A stretch of DNA of 64,000 bases, taken from a virus (lineage: Duplodnaviria; Caudoviricetes). The stretch's first letter is position 1, and every line of letters begins with the position of its first letter. The translations under genes were made by a program, and so were the position numbers. Location of the stretch: the IMG/VR virus record IMGVR_UViG_3300034374_009547. One strand, written 5' to 3'. The notes below the pieces were generated by a model. The model made no database searches. It worked only from the letters and a program-made list of their open reading frames with translations, and was not told the origin of the DNA. Positions 49,939 to 58,531 of the stretch are shown here, piece after piece.

Positions 49939-50603
49939 CAACAGCAATACTAATACCTGCACGATATGCCAGTAGTAGATTTCCTGGTAAAATGATGGCC
50001 AAATTAAATGGCGTGCCACTAGTAGAACACGTTTATAACAAGTGTGCTGCTACAGGACTAGATACATATGTACTTACAGATCATCAAGACATTTACAACT
50101 ATATGGGTGCTAATAGATGTCTTATGACAGGTGAAGCAGAAAATGGCACAGAACGTTGTATGCAGGTTATTGACAAAGTACTACAATATGATAGATATAT
50201 TAACGTACAAGGTGACATGCCTGATATCACTGAAGATATCATACGTGCAGTAGAAGGCGAACTACAACGTAGTGATATTGCAACCGCATATACGCCCATG
50301 GATTTTAACTTGCGAAATGATCCAAATAGTGTTAAAATGATACATAGTAGAGGTAGAGCACATTGGTTTTTACGTGCAAGTCTTACATACGGTGATCACC
50401 ACTTAGGTGTGTATGGCTACAACAGAGAAGCAAAGATTGTTTATACCACAAGCATTAAATACACAGAGGAAGATATCGAACAACTAGAACAACTGCGTTG
50501 GATACAAAACGGACATAAAATTGGTGTAGTAGAAGTTGAGTTTGACGGTATTGAAATTAACACGCCAGAGGATTTAGAAAAGTGGGAAAAAAATAATGGC
50601 TAG
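49935..50603 (+). CDS. kdsB: CMP-Kdo synthetase (3-deoxy-manno-octulosonate cytidylyltransferase)
   Basis: IPARYASSRFPGK, NGTER, NVQGD, HLGVYGY, EQLEQLRWI, INTPED. Confidence 0.95.
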   Translation: MTTAILIPARYASSRFPGKMMAKLNGVPLVEHVYNKCAATGLDTYVLTDHQDIYNYMGANRCLMTGEAENGTERCMQVIDKVLQYDRYINVQGDMPDITEDIIRAVEGELQRSDIATAYTPMDFNLRNDPNSVKMIHSRGRAHWFLRASLTYGDHHLGVYGYNREAKIVYTTSIKYTEEDIEQLEQLRWIQNGHKIGVVEVEFDGIEINTPEDLEKWEKNNG

Positions 50604-50751
50604 AGAACTAATAGACAATAAAGATAAAAAGTTAATCGAACAATGGTTAAAAAATAATAAAATTACAATTTGTGAAGCAGGTGCTATCACCGAAGATATT
50701 GTATATACATTTGGTTCAAAGAAAAAGAAAAAAACAACAAATGCCAAATAA
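50596..50751 (+). CDS. 51-aa basic microprotein (not in ORF track)
   Basis: Hand translation MARELIDNKDKKLIEQWLKNNKITIC...KKKKKTTNAK*; overlaps both neighbours in coupled fashion. Confidence 0.6.
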   Translation: MARELIDNKDKKLIEQWLKNNKITICEAGAITEDIVYTFGSKKKKKTTNAK

Positions 50752-51211
50752 AGAACTAGACTTGTTTAAAGAACTTATCCCTGCTATCGATATGGGCATC
50801 AAAGAGTTGTATGACGCTGCTGGAGATGATGGCAAGAAGGATATAAAACTTGACTTATGGAACTTGAACCGTTATATTAGTAGTGTAAAAGGCAACTATG
50901 AAAAAACTGCACTAGCAGTGTTCAAGGTTAATGAATACTACAACAAGAACTGGAATGTGCTAGGCGGCACTAATCATGTAAAACTGCAATGGCAATTATT
51001 ATGTGTTGCTGGCAAAACAGGTAAAACACAATTCCATCCGTGGATTGGACTAAAAAAGAAAAAAGACGATAGCAGCAAAGCAGTAAATTTGTTATCACAA
51101 ATATATCCAGATATGAAAATGGACGAGGTAGAAACACTTGCTAGAATATCTACAAAAAAAGAAATTAAAGAACTCGCCCGAGAACACGGTTACGAAAAAG
51201 TTGACATCTAA
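50741..51211 (+). CDS. Possible clamp-loader small subunit (gp62-like)
   Basis: NRYISS, LQWQLLC, QFHPWIGLKKKK, helical C-terminus resembling gp62; start reassigned to ATG 50741. Confidence 0.4.
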   Translation: MPNKELDLFKELIPAIDMGIKELYDAAGDDGKKDIKLDLWNLNRYISSVKGNYEKTALAVFKVNEYYNKNWNVLGGTNHVKLQWQLLCVAGKTGKTQFHPWIGLKKKKDDSSKAVNLLSQIYPDMKMDEVETLARISTKKEIKELAREHGYEKVDI

Positions 51212-51881
51212 ATACACTTGTGAATATTGTTCAAAAAGTTATATGAAAGAAAGTACATTGTTAGCGCATATGTGCGAGCCAAAGAGACGTTGGCTACAAA
51301 AAGATGAAAAACGTGTACAGGTTGGCTTTTATGCATTTCAAAGATTTTACAAGCTGAGTGCAGGACACAAGAAAGATAAGACATATGAAGAATTTGTTAA
51401 GTCATCCTTCTACAATGCGTTTGTTAAGTTTGGTAGTTTTGTTAACAATGTACGGCCTCTCTATCCTGACAAGTATATTGATTACGTAGTTACTAGCAAC
51501 GTAAAACTAGATCACTGGTGTAGAGAAGAAATGTATGAAAAATACGCCATTGAACTTATTCGCAAAGAAGGTGTAGAAACTGCATTAGAGCGTTCAATAA
51601 ATACAATGACCGAATGGGCTAAAGAAAAGAATAGTATGTATAATCATTATTTCTTGTATGCTTCACCAAATAGAATTACATGGGATATTAAAGATGGAAA
51701 AATTTCGCCTTGGTTAGTATTGAATTGTACAAGTGGAAAAACTGCATTAAGTAATTTTAATGACGAACAATTAAGCATGTTGAATGCTGTTTTAGATCCA
51801 AGTCATTGGGCATTACGTTTTAAAAGACAACCGAAAGATGTTGAATTAGTTAAAACAATAGTCGAGAAAGCAAATATATGA
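51201..51881 (+). CDS. Hypothetical protein with N-terminal C2H2-like zinc finger (start uncertain)
   Basis: CEYCSKSYMKESTLLAHMC. Confidence 0.6.
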   Translation: MTSKYTCEYCSKSYMKESTLLAHMCEPKRRWLQKDEKRVQVGFYAFQRFYKLSAGHKKDKTYEEFVKSSFYNAFVKFGSFVNNVRPLYPDKYIDYVVTSNVKLDHWCREEMYEKYAIELIRKEGVETALERSINTMTEWAKEKNSMYNHYFLYASPNRITWDIKDGKISPWLVLNCTSGKTALSNFNDEQLSMLNAVLDPSHWALRFKRQPKDVELVKTIVEKANI

Positions 51882-52096
51882 ATTTTAGAAAATTGCAAGA
51901 TGATGTACAAGTTTACGAACTTGATGAACCTGTTGAACTGATTGTTAAAACCAAAGCACCAGCAAAGTGGTTATTGATTGACAGAGAGACAGGAGAGCAG
52001 TATATTGGTGCTACGCCTAAAGAAGGCGAAAAGCATTGGAATCGTGTACCTGATAGTGAAATGTGGAGATATGCAATGGAGCGTGAAGATGCCTGA
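51878..52096 (+). CDS. Small hypothetical protein
   Basis: ATGA-coupled; KTKAPAKWLLIDRETGEQY. Confidence 0.6.
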   Translation: MNFRKLQDDVQVYELDEPVELIVKTKAPAKWLLIDRETGEQYIGATPKEGEKHWNRVPDSEMWRYAMEREDA

Positions 52097-52664
52097 TATT
52101 GACATCGACTTTGCTGATCGCAGTGTTATATTAGACAAGATACAACACCGTGTAGCAAAATTAGATACAGGTAAAAAACACAATACTGGTGTGTATGTAA
52201 CCGAGTGTCCGCACAACCCTGTTGACAACTTGGCTACTATTGATTACAAGACAGCAGAAGATAGAGGCTACTTCAAACTAGACTTTCTTAATGTTAGCAT
52301 TTACAATGATGTTAAGGACGAAGAACATTTACAACGTTTAATGAACAAGGAACCAGAATGGAGTCTTTTACAACACGACGATTTCACCGATCTTATCTTT
52401 CATATCTCCGGACACGGAGAAATATTACGCAAAACAAAGCCGACAAACGTAGAACAATTAGCAGCAGTACTAGCGATGATACGGCCGGCCAAACGCCATC
52501 TTGTTAACGAAACTTGGCCAACGATATTAGAAAAAGTGTGGGTCGCTCCCACTGACGGTGGTTACTATTTTAAGAAAGCACATGCTATTGCATATGCTGT
52601 TAGTGTTGTAGTTCATATGAATTTAATTTGTGAACAACTTAACGAACAGCAGACCGTCTCATAA
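52089..52664 (+). CDS. Miniature C-family (DnaE-like) polymerase core fragment, 191 aa
   Basis: MPDIDIDF, KKHNTGVYV, GYFKLDFL, LAMIRP, GYYFKKAHAIAYA collinear with DnaE motifs; ggag SD before ATG 52089. Confidence 0.85.
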   Translation: MPDIDIDFADRSVILDKIQHRVAKLDTGKKHNTGVYVTECPHNPVDNLATIDYKTAEDRGYFKLDFLNVSIYNDVKDEEHLQRLMNKEPEWSLLQHDDFTDLIFHISGHGEILRKTKPTNVEQLAAVLAMIRPAKRHLVNETWPTILEKVWVAPTDGGYYFKKAHAIAYAVSVVVHMNLICEQLNEQQTVS

Positions 52665-53013
52665 CTTGCACACTTTTACGTTTTACTCTTTTTATTGTCA
52701 AGTTATTTAAATTAACACAATGACCCATTACTACTTTAACATCTTTAGAATTCATAGTCATCATACTATAACTTAATTCATGAATCTCACTACGTAGAAA
52801 AATGTTTATAGGAATCATTCTATTAGATTCCCACCACCAAATTTCACCTAGTTCTAATAATAAACATTTGTGTTCTTCGGTACGTAATTTGGTGTAAACA
52901 TACATAGTTGTTACAATACTATCTTGATTTACAATAATACCCACGTATTCGTTGCCGCCATAGGCGACTACGCTCAAATAAGGAAATTTTGTTTCAATAT
53001 CTTTTAATAACAT
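52639..53013 (-). CDS. Hypothetical protein
   Basis: ORF convergent with mini-DnaE; start reassigned to ATG 53013. Confidence 0.6.
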   Translation of the reverse strand: MLLKDIETKFPYLSVVAYGGNEYVGIIVNQDSIVTTMYVYTKLRTEEHKCLLLELGEIWWWESNRMIPINIFLRSEIHELSYSMMTMNSKDVKVVMGHCVNLNNLTIKRVKRKSVQVMRRSAVR

Positions 53014-53049
53014 ATTACCATAAATACTTATATAAAAAGGTTCCAGCCA

Positions 53050-54030
53050 ATGCAAAAAATGTATAGATATTTAGCAAATAACAAAGTTGTTGTTCTAGCC
53101 AATTTGGCAGGTTACGTGACGGAGTATAGACCAGTGTATCAAAAAAATTTACAAGTATATAGAGGCATTGATAATGTAGTACATTTTGAAGTACGTAATC
53201 ATGATCAAAAGCCTATAAATTTAAGTGGGTATACACCAAAGATTATGGTGTTTACTGAAAACAATGTTCTTGTATTAGAAAAAGAAGGCAACGTTTTAGA
53301 CGATGCAATTACAAGAACAACTAGTGCAGTAGAAACTGCACCCGATAAAACATTAACATTTTCAAGTACAAGTAATATTACAGCAGGTATGTTTGTAAGT
53401 GGAACCTACATCAAAAATAACACACTGGTAACTGATGTAACTGACAACACCGTGACTATGAATAAATCTGCTACTGACGCTGTTCCTACTGGAACTGAAA
53501 TTACTTTCCAAACAAAAAGTAAAAAAGGCGTGTTTACAATTACATTAACAGAAAATGAATTGTTAGATCTAAAACAACAATATTTAAAATATGCAATTTA
53601 TCTAGTTAACAGCACTGGAGAAAAAGTTTTAACATACAGCAGTGACCATTTTGAAGCAAAAGGAACTATGTACTTAGATGGAATGACATTTCCTGGACCT
53701 TTAGCAAGTTATAATTTACAATCGTTTACAGCAGACAACGATGTTTGGTATACTGAATCAATTGATGCTCAACCAGGAATAAACGGAAATAGTGCATTAC
53801 ACACAGCAGCATTTTATACAGATACTTTTTCTGGTGATATAGTTGTTGAAGGTACATTAGAAAATTTAGTTACATTGGATACAAACTGGGCAGAAGTTGC
53901 TACTCTTACACTTACAGGATCTGAATCAGAGCCAACTCCTTTAAATTTTAACGGCGTATTTACTTTTTTAAGATTTAAAACTGCAACTGATCCTACGGAC
54001 AAAATATCAAAAATATTAATTAGAAATTAA
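53050..54030 (+). CDS. Hypothetical, probable virion structural protein
   Basis: Late core CATAAATA at 53019; beta-rich, T-rich. Confidence 0.55.
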   Translation: MQKMYRYLANNKVVVLANLAGYVTEYRPVYQKNLQVYRGIDNVVHFEVRNHDQKPINLSGYTPKIMVFTENNVLVLEKEGNVLDDAITRTTSAVETAPDKTLTFSSTSNITAGMFVSGTYIKNNTLVTDVTDNTVTMNKSATDAVPTGTEITFQTKSKKGVFTITLTENELLDLKQQYLKYAIYLVNSTGEKVLTYSSDHFEAKGTMYLDGMTFPGPLASYNLQSFTADNDVWYTESIDAQPGINGNSALHTAAFYTDTFSGDIVVEGTLENLVTLDTNWAEVATLTLTGSESEPTPLNFNGVFTFLRFKTATDPTDKISKILIRN

Positions 54031-54042
54031 GGTAAATACGTT

Positions 54043-54402
54043 ATGGCATTTAGTGAAACAATATTATCAAATCAAACTCATCCAGGTGATAGTACAACAG
54101 AAACCGTAACAGGTGACAAGTACAAAGGCGACGGCTATTATGGACGTAGCGATGGATTTCACACGGTGCAATATTCAGTAAATGGCTTTATAGGATCAAT
54201 TGACATGGAAGCAACACTTGCAGTAGAACCTACTGCTGATGATTGGTTTACTTTAAACACAAATCTAACAAGTGCAGATGATTCTAGTAGTTATGCAACA
54301 GGAAGTTTTATATACAACTTCACAGGTAACTATGTTTGGGTAAGAGCTAAAGTTACAAACTGGACTGATGGCGACATAACACGTATACAATTAAACCATT
54401 GA
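54043..54402 (+). CDS. Hypothetical, probable virion structural protein
   Basis: GTAAATA at 54032; similar to the C-terminal domain of the upstream gene (F.G.I..E.TL...W, F.G...W/F.R.K). Confidence 0.55.
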   Translation: MAFSETILSNQTHPGDSTTETVTGDKYKGDGYYGRSDGFHTVQYSVNGFIGSIDMEATLAVEPTADDWFTLNTNLTSADDSSSYATGSFIYNFTGNYVWVRAKVTNWTDGDITRIQLNH

Positions 54403-54427
54403 CAATACTATAATACGATGCTAATAT
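54399..54427 (+). promoter_or_regulatory. Sigma70 promoter for primase (leaderless)
   Basis: TTGACA-N17-TAATAT with TGn; ATG 6 nt downstream. Confidence 0.8.
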
Positions 54428-54433
54428 ATATGT

Positions 54434-55426
54434 ATGAGCATCGTATCTGACACCTTGACACTATATCTGCCTGCAAAGCGCAAAACTACTCCTAGTGGGT
54501 GGACCAGTTTCAATGCGCCTTGTTGTGTTCACAATAATGAAAATGCAGATACAAGAGGCAGAGGCGGTATCATATATGAAGGCGAAGTTATTTCATATCA
54601 TTGTTTTAACTGCGGCTTCAAAGCAAGTTGGCAACCAGGACGTAATCTTAGTTACAAACTCAAAAAACTTTTGGAATGGTTAAACGTTCCTGATCAAGAT
54701 ATTACAAAACTTGCACTGGATGTAATGCGTGAAAACGAAGGCGTCGAAGTTCAAAAATATTCTGTTGAACTGCCAGAGTTTGCAACTACACAATTACCAG
54801 AAGGTGCAGAGCCATTGTCCAAACACATGTGGGCAGAGGCTGGTCATTTAGACGAAAGAATCACACGTTGCTTTCAATATATGTTAGAACGTGATTTAAG
54901 TATCGAGGACATAGATTATCACTGGTCGCCAACACTTGCTTATCGTGACAGACTTATTATACCTTTCTACTACGAGGGTCGTATAGTTGGATATACAGCC
55001 CGTACAATTAAGGATAACAAGGTTAAGTATCTAACTGACTCGCAACCTGGGTATGTGTTTAACTTAGACGCACAAGGTCCTAATAAAGTGTTTTGTATAG
55101 TATGCGAAGGTCCTATTGATGCACTGCACGTAGAAGGTTGCGCACTTACAGGAAGCGATATTAATGACGCACAAGCACTATTACTTAACAGGCTTAACAA
55201 AGATATATATGTTGTTCCAGACAGAGATAAAGCCGGAAGCAAGTTGGTGGAGCAGGCTATCGATAGAGGTTGGCATGTTAGTTTACCAGACTGGGATACA
55301 GAAGTAAATGACATCGGTGATGCAGTAGCAAAATATGGAAGGCTATATACATTGTATAGTATTGCAAGTGCTGCTGAAAGCAGCCCATTAAAAATAAGAT
55401 TAAAGGCGAAAAAATGGTTTGGTTAA
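54434..55426 (+). CDS. DNA primase (T4 gp61-like)
   Basis: Zn motif CCVH...YHCFNCGF; RLIIPF, GYTAR; TOPRIM VCEGPIDA and PDRDKAG. Confidence 0.93.
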   Translation: MSIVSDTLTLYLPAKRKTTPSGWTSFNAPCCVHNNENADTRGRGGIIYEGEVISYHCFNCGFKASWQPGRNLSYKLKKLLEWLNVPDQDITKLALDVMRENEGVEVQKYSVELPEFATTQLPEGAEPLSKHMWAEAGHLDERITRCFQYMLERDLSIEDIDYHWSPTLAYRDRLIIPFYYEGRIVGYTARTIKDNKVKYLTDSQPGYVFNLDAQGPNKVFCIVCEGPIDALHVEGCALTGSDINDAQALLLNRLNKDIYVVPDRDKAGSKLVEQAIDRGWHVSLPDWDTEVNDIGDAVAKYGRLYTLYSIASAAESSPLKIRLKAKKWFG

Positions 55427-55536
55427 AAAGACTATGGAGTTGGATTTTATATCCGTATAGATATATCAAAGAAGAACGTGAATTCAAAAAGCGTATAAAA
55501 AAACTTAGAGAACAGGACCCGTTTATCTACAAATGA
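55414..55536 (+). CDS. 40-aa microprotein (not in ORF track)
   Basis: MVWLKRLWSWILYPYRYIKEEREFKKRIKKLREQDPFIYK*; overlaps the primase stop and the next ATG (ATGA). Confidence 0.7.
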   Translation: MVWLKRLWSWILYPYRYIKEEREFKKRIKKLREQDPFIYK

Positions 55537-55706
55537 AGAAATGGTTAATGGGTACAAAGTTGTTTTGGCGACTATACTTTTGGTGGGGTATTCGTCAAGC
55601 ACGTAAACGTAGAATAGCACGAGAAGCAGAACTAGCAAAGCGTCCACTAATGACAAATGATGAGTATTGGGAGAAAGTTCACAATGATAGAACTAATAAT
55701 CTATAA
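55533..55706 (+). CDS. 57-aa Trp/Arg-rich microprotein (not in ORF track)
   Basis: MKKWLMGTKLFWRLYFWWGIRQARKRR...NNL*; coupled to neighbours. Confidence 0.65.
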   Translation: MKKWLMGTKLFWRLYFWWGIRQARKRRIAREAELAKRPLMTNDEYWEKVHNDRTNNL

Positions 55707-55785
55707 CATTCTATTTTGGGTACCGTATATTTGGTTATGCAGTTTACCAGAAAAACTAATGCAGGCGGCCATTGACGCAGCATGA
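55684..55785 (+). CDS. 33-aa single-TM microprotein (not in ORF track)
   Basis: MIELIIYNILFWVPYIWLCSLPEKLMQAAIDAA*; ATGA overlap with 55782. Confidence 0.6.
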   Translation: MIELIIYNILFWVPYIWLCSLPEKLMQAAIDAA

Positions 55786-56909
55786 TATCAATAATTCAAC
55801 ACCCAAGTAATTTAGAAGGTACTAATGAATTTTGGCTGTCTAGTTATTTAGGTATGCAAAAGATTAAGTACGAATTAATATCATTTGAAGATATAAAAAA
55901 TAATCTTGTTTTATATGAAATAAGTTGTAATGGAAATATTAAAAAGTATCATTCTAAAGTTTTGCCAACTATTCCAAATAATGTTATTCAACAACTTGTT
56001 GAAAACAAAAACTTTTATTTGATACTAGGTGCTGCAACCGAGGGTTACAACACTGACATAAATCTATTAGAGAAATTTTGTAATGACAAAAATATATCTC
56101 ATCACAAAGTGATTTTACTTACTGGTAATTGTAGACACATTGATTACTACAAAACTTCGATACCTGTGATATATATTCCTTGGTTTGAAAAAAAATCTAA
56201 GAACGAAGCAATACAAACTTTAAATGTTCCGTTTGATTTAAAAAGGCAGTATACATGGCTTAGTTTAAATCGTATTCCTCGTCCTCATCGTGTTGTGCAT
56301 GTAAGTCATTTACTTAATAACAATCTAGCAGATAAATTCCTATGGAGTTTAGATAATCATCCAAAAGGTTTAAAATTTATTTTTGAGTCTACAAAGAATG
56401 CGTTTAATAATGAATTAACAAAAGACATCGGAGTGTTACGTAAACATCCTTTGCCTAAAGTTTTAGATATACCAGATTTTAATTTATTTACATCAACTAA
56501 CCCTAACCTATATCACTTATACAAACAAGCATATTTTAGTGTTGTAACTGAAACAAGTGTAGCAAATGACACTACTTTTATATCAGAAAAAACATTTAAA
56601 CCAATTATAAATGGTCATCCTTTTATTATTATTGGCAATCCAAAAACACTTGATACTTTGCATAATTGGGGATATAAAACCTATCATGGGTTATTCAATG
56701 AAGCATATGATAAGATAGAAGATAAAAATGCACGTATACAATTTATTAATAATGAAATAGAAAGAATAAGTGCATTATCTTTAGACGAAATACACGAGCT
56801 GTACAACAACGTAAAAGACATAATTGTGTATAATCAACAAAGATTCTTTATGGAAAAAACATTCAAAGAAGATAAAATATTTTTAAGTAGTATAGGATAT
56901 ACAACATGA
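55782..56909 (+). CDS. Putative glycosyltransferase (GT10/exostosin-like C-terminus)
   Basis: LSLNRIPRPHR; FSVVTET...FISEKTFKPIINGHPFIIIG...GYKTY. Confidence 0.55.
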   Translation: MISIIQHPSNLEGTNEFWLSSYLGMQKIKYELISFEDIKNNLVLYEISCNGNIKKYHSKVLPTIPNNVIQQLVENKNFYLILGAATEGYNTDINLLEKFCNDKNISHHKVILLTGNCRHIDYYKTSIPVIYIPWFEKKSKNEAIQTLNVPFDLKRQYTWLSLNRIPRPHRVVHVSHLLNNNLADKFLWSLDNHPKGLKFIFESTKNAFNNELTKDIGVLRKHPLPKVLDIPDFNLFTSTNPNLYHLYKQAYFSVVTETSVANDTTFISEKTFKPIINGHPFIIIGNPKTLDTLHNWGYKTYHGLFNEAYDKIEDKNARIQFINNEIERISALSLDEIHELYNNVKDIIVYNQQRFFMEKTFKEDKIFLSSIGYTT

Positions 56910-58414
56910 TTACGTGGGGTATAAGTGCTAACAGCCACGATGCAGCGTTAGCTGTATTTTATCATAGACCGTGGGCTAATGGTAGTATAGAGCTACTATT
57001 TGCCAGTCATAGCGAACGCTATAGTGGTGTAAAAAACGATGCACATTTAAATGATAAATTAATAAGTGAAGCAAAAAAATATGGAGAGCCAGATGAAATT
57101 ATTTGGTATGAAAGACCCTTTGTCAAAACTCTTAGACAACTTAGAGCAGGGCAAGGATTCAAATACTTGGGTAAAAACAACATTAGTCGGTATCTTCGAT
57201 CTTATGGTATATCTGCTCCTATTCGCTATACTGATCATCACCTTGCCCATGCTGCTGCCGGTTATTATACTTCGCCTTTTACTGACGCCAGCGTTGTTGT
57301 TATCGACAGCATTGGAGAATTTGATACACTCACTATCTGGAATGCGTCAGAAGAAAAAGGCCTTAAGCGTGTATTTTGTCAACGGTATCCCCATTCAATC
57401 GGACTCTGGTACTCGGCGTTTACGCAAAGAATAGGCCTAAAGCCACAGGAGGATGAATACATACTTATGGGTATGGCAGCGTATGGTGACCCCCTACGTT
57501 TTTTTGACGAAATAATGAAAGAATTTATTCACGTTGTTGATCAGGATAACAGCCCACGTATAAAATTTAAACATAACTTACATAGGGGCTGCATGTGGTG
57601 GCGACCAGAACTTAATAGCCCCCAGGATCTTATGGACATAGCGGCTGCTGTACAAGCAATATATGCGTACTTATTGAAAGTGATAAGTAACTGGGCTAGG
57701 TGGAAATCGCCATCGGGTAACCTTGTGTTAATGGGTGGGTGTGCTTTAAATTGTGCAGCTAATAGTACAATCTACAAAGATTGGAATGATGTTTGGATTA
57801 TGCCCAACCCGGGTGATGCAGGCAGTGCTATAGGTGCTCCTCTTGCTCATTGGCGTCAACACATTTCGTGGCCGGGTCCATATTTAGGACATACTATTCA
57901 AGGAGACTATCCAGTTGAAGAAGCATTACAGGAACTACTTACTACTGGTATTGTTGGTGTTGCCAATGGGGCTGCTGAATTCGGCCCCAGAGCACTTGGA
58001 CACCGTTCCCTCCTTGCAGACCCTAGAGGACCCGACATCAAAGACCGAGTCAACAACATCAAAAAGAGACAGCTTTTCAGACCTTTTGCTCCAGCGGTCC
58101 TTGCCGAACATGCCCGAGATTACTTTGACGGACCAACAGGACCCTTTATGCAATACACTTCTACTTGCACAGATCCTGGACTACCTGCAATCGTCCACGG
58201 GGACGGCACCTCTCGGGTACAGGCAGTTTCTGCAGATCAAAGCGTGGGCTTTAGAAAATTGCTAGAACGTTGGTACGAAGAAACAGGTTGTCCTATACTG
58301 CTAAACACTAGCCTAAACATCAAAGGCAAACCTATTGTAAATACCGTTGAAGACGCACAAGAATTTGAAAAACACTACGGAGTTAAAGTATGTACGGCTG
58401 CTGCAAAAACGTAA
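56906..58414 (+). CDS. Carbamoyltransferase (NodU/CmcH family)
   Basis: HDAALA, SERYS..KND, DHHLAHAA, IDSIGE, GGCALNC, GDAGSAIG, EFGPRALGHRS, KRQLFRPFAP, LNTSLN. Confidence 0.95.
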   Translation: MITWGISANSHDAALAVFYHRPWANGSIELLFASHSERYSGVKNDAHLNDKLISEAKKYGEPDEIIWYERPFVKTLRQLRAGQGFKYLGKNNISRYLRSYGISAPIRYTDHHLAHAAAGYYTSPFTDASVVVIDSIGEFDTLTIWNASEEKGLKRVFCQRYPHSIGLWYSAFTQRIGLKPQEDEYILMGMAAYGDPLRFFDEIMKEFIHVVDQDNSPRIKFKHNLHRGCMWWRPELNSPQDLMDIAAAVQAIYAYLLKVISNWARWKSPSGNLVLMGGCALNCAANSTIYKDWNDVWIMPNPGDAGSAIGAPLAHWRQHISWPGPYLGHTIQGDYPVEEALQELLTTGIVGVANGAAEFGPRALGHRSLLADPRGPDIKDRVNNIKKRQLFRPFAPAVLAEHARDYFDGPTGPFMQYTSTCTDPGLPAIVHGDGTSRVQAVSADQSVGFRKLLERWYEETGCPILLNTSLNIKGKPIVNTVEDAQEFEKHYGVKVCTAAAKT

Positions 58415-58444
58415 TACAAGAGCAACATAAAGAAATAATTGAAA

Positions 58445-58472
58445 TTGACAACCACAAGTTTTGTGTTATAAT
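58445..58472 (+). promoter_or_regulatory. Consensus sigma70 promoter for helicase
   Basis: TTGACA-N16-TATAAT with TGn. Confidence 0.85.
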
Positions 58473-58531
58473 TAGATATTGCAAGACATGCGGACAAGTA
58501 AAAGCACAATCTCATATCACGGAAGTAAAGA

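Noticed and set aside
33594-50603. Interpretation as bacterial chromosome or chimeric contig because of recA-like, metK, kdsAB and ugd genes
   Set aside because: These genes are translationally coupled to T4-like genes and share the phage late-promoter motif; the recombinase is of UvsX type next to UvsY.
51201-51214. TTGACA next to CTAAATA
   Set aside because: No -10 box at 16-18 nt; falls within coding sequence.
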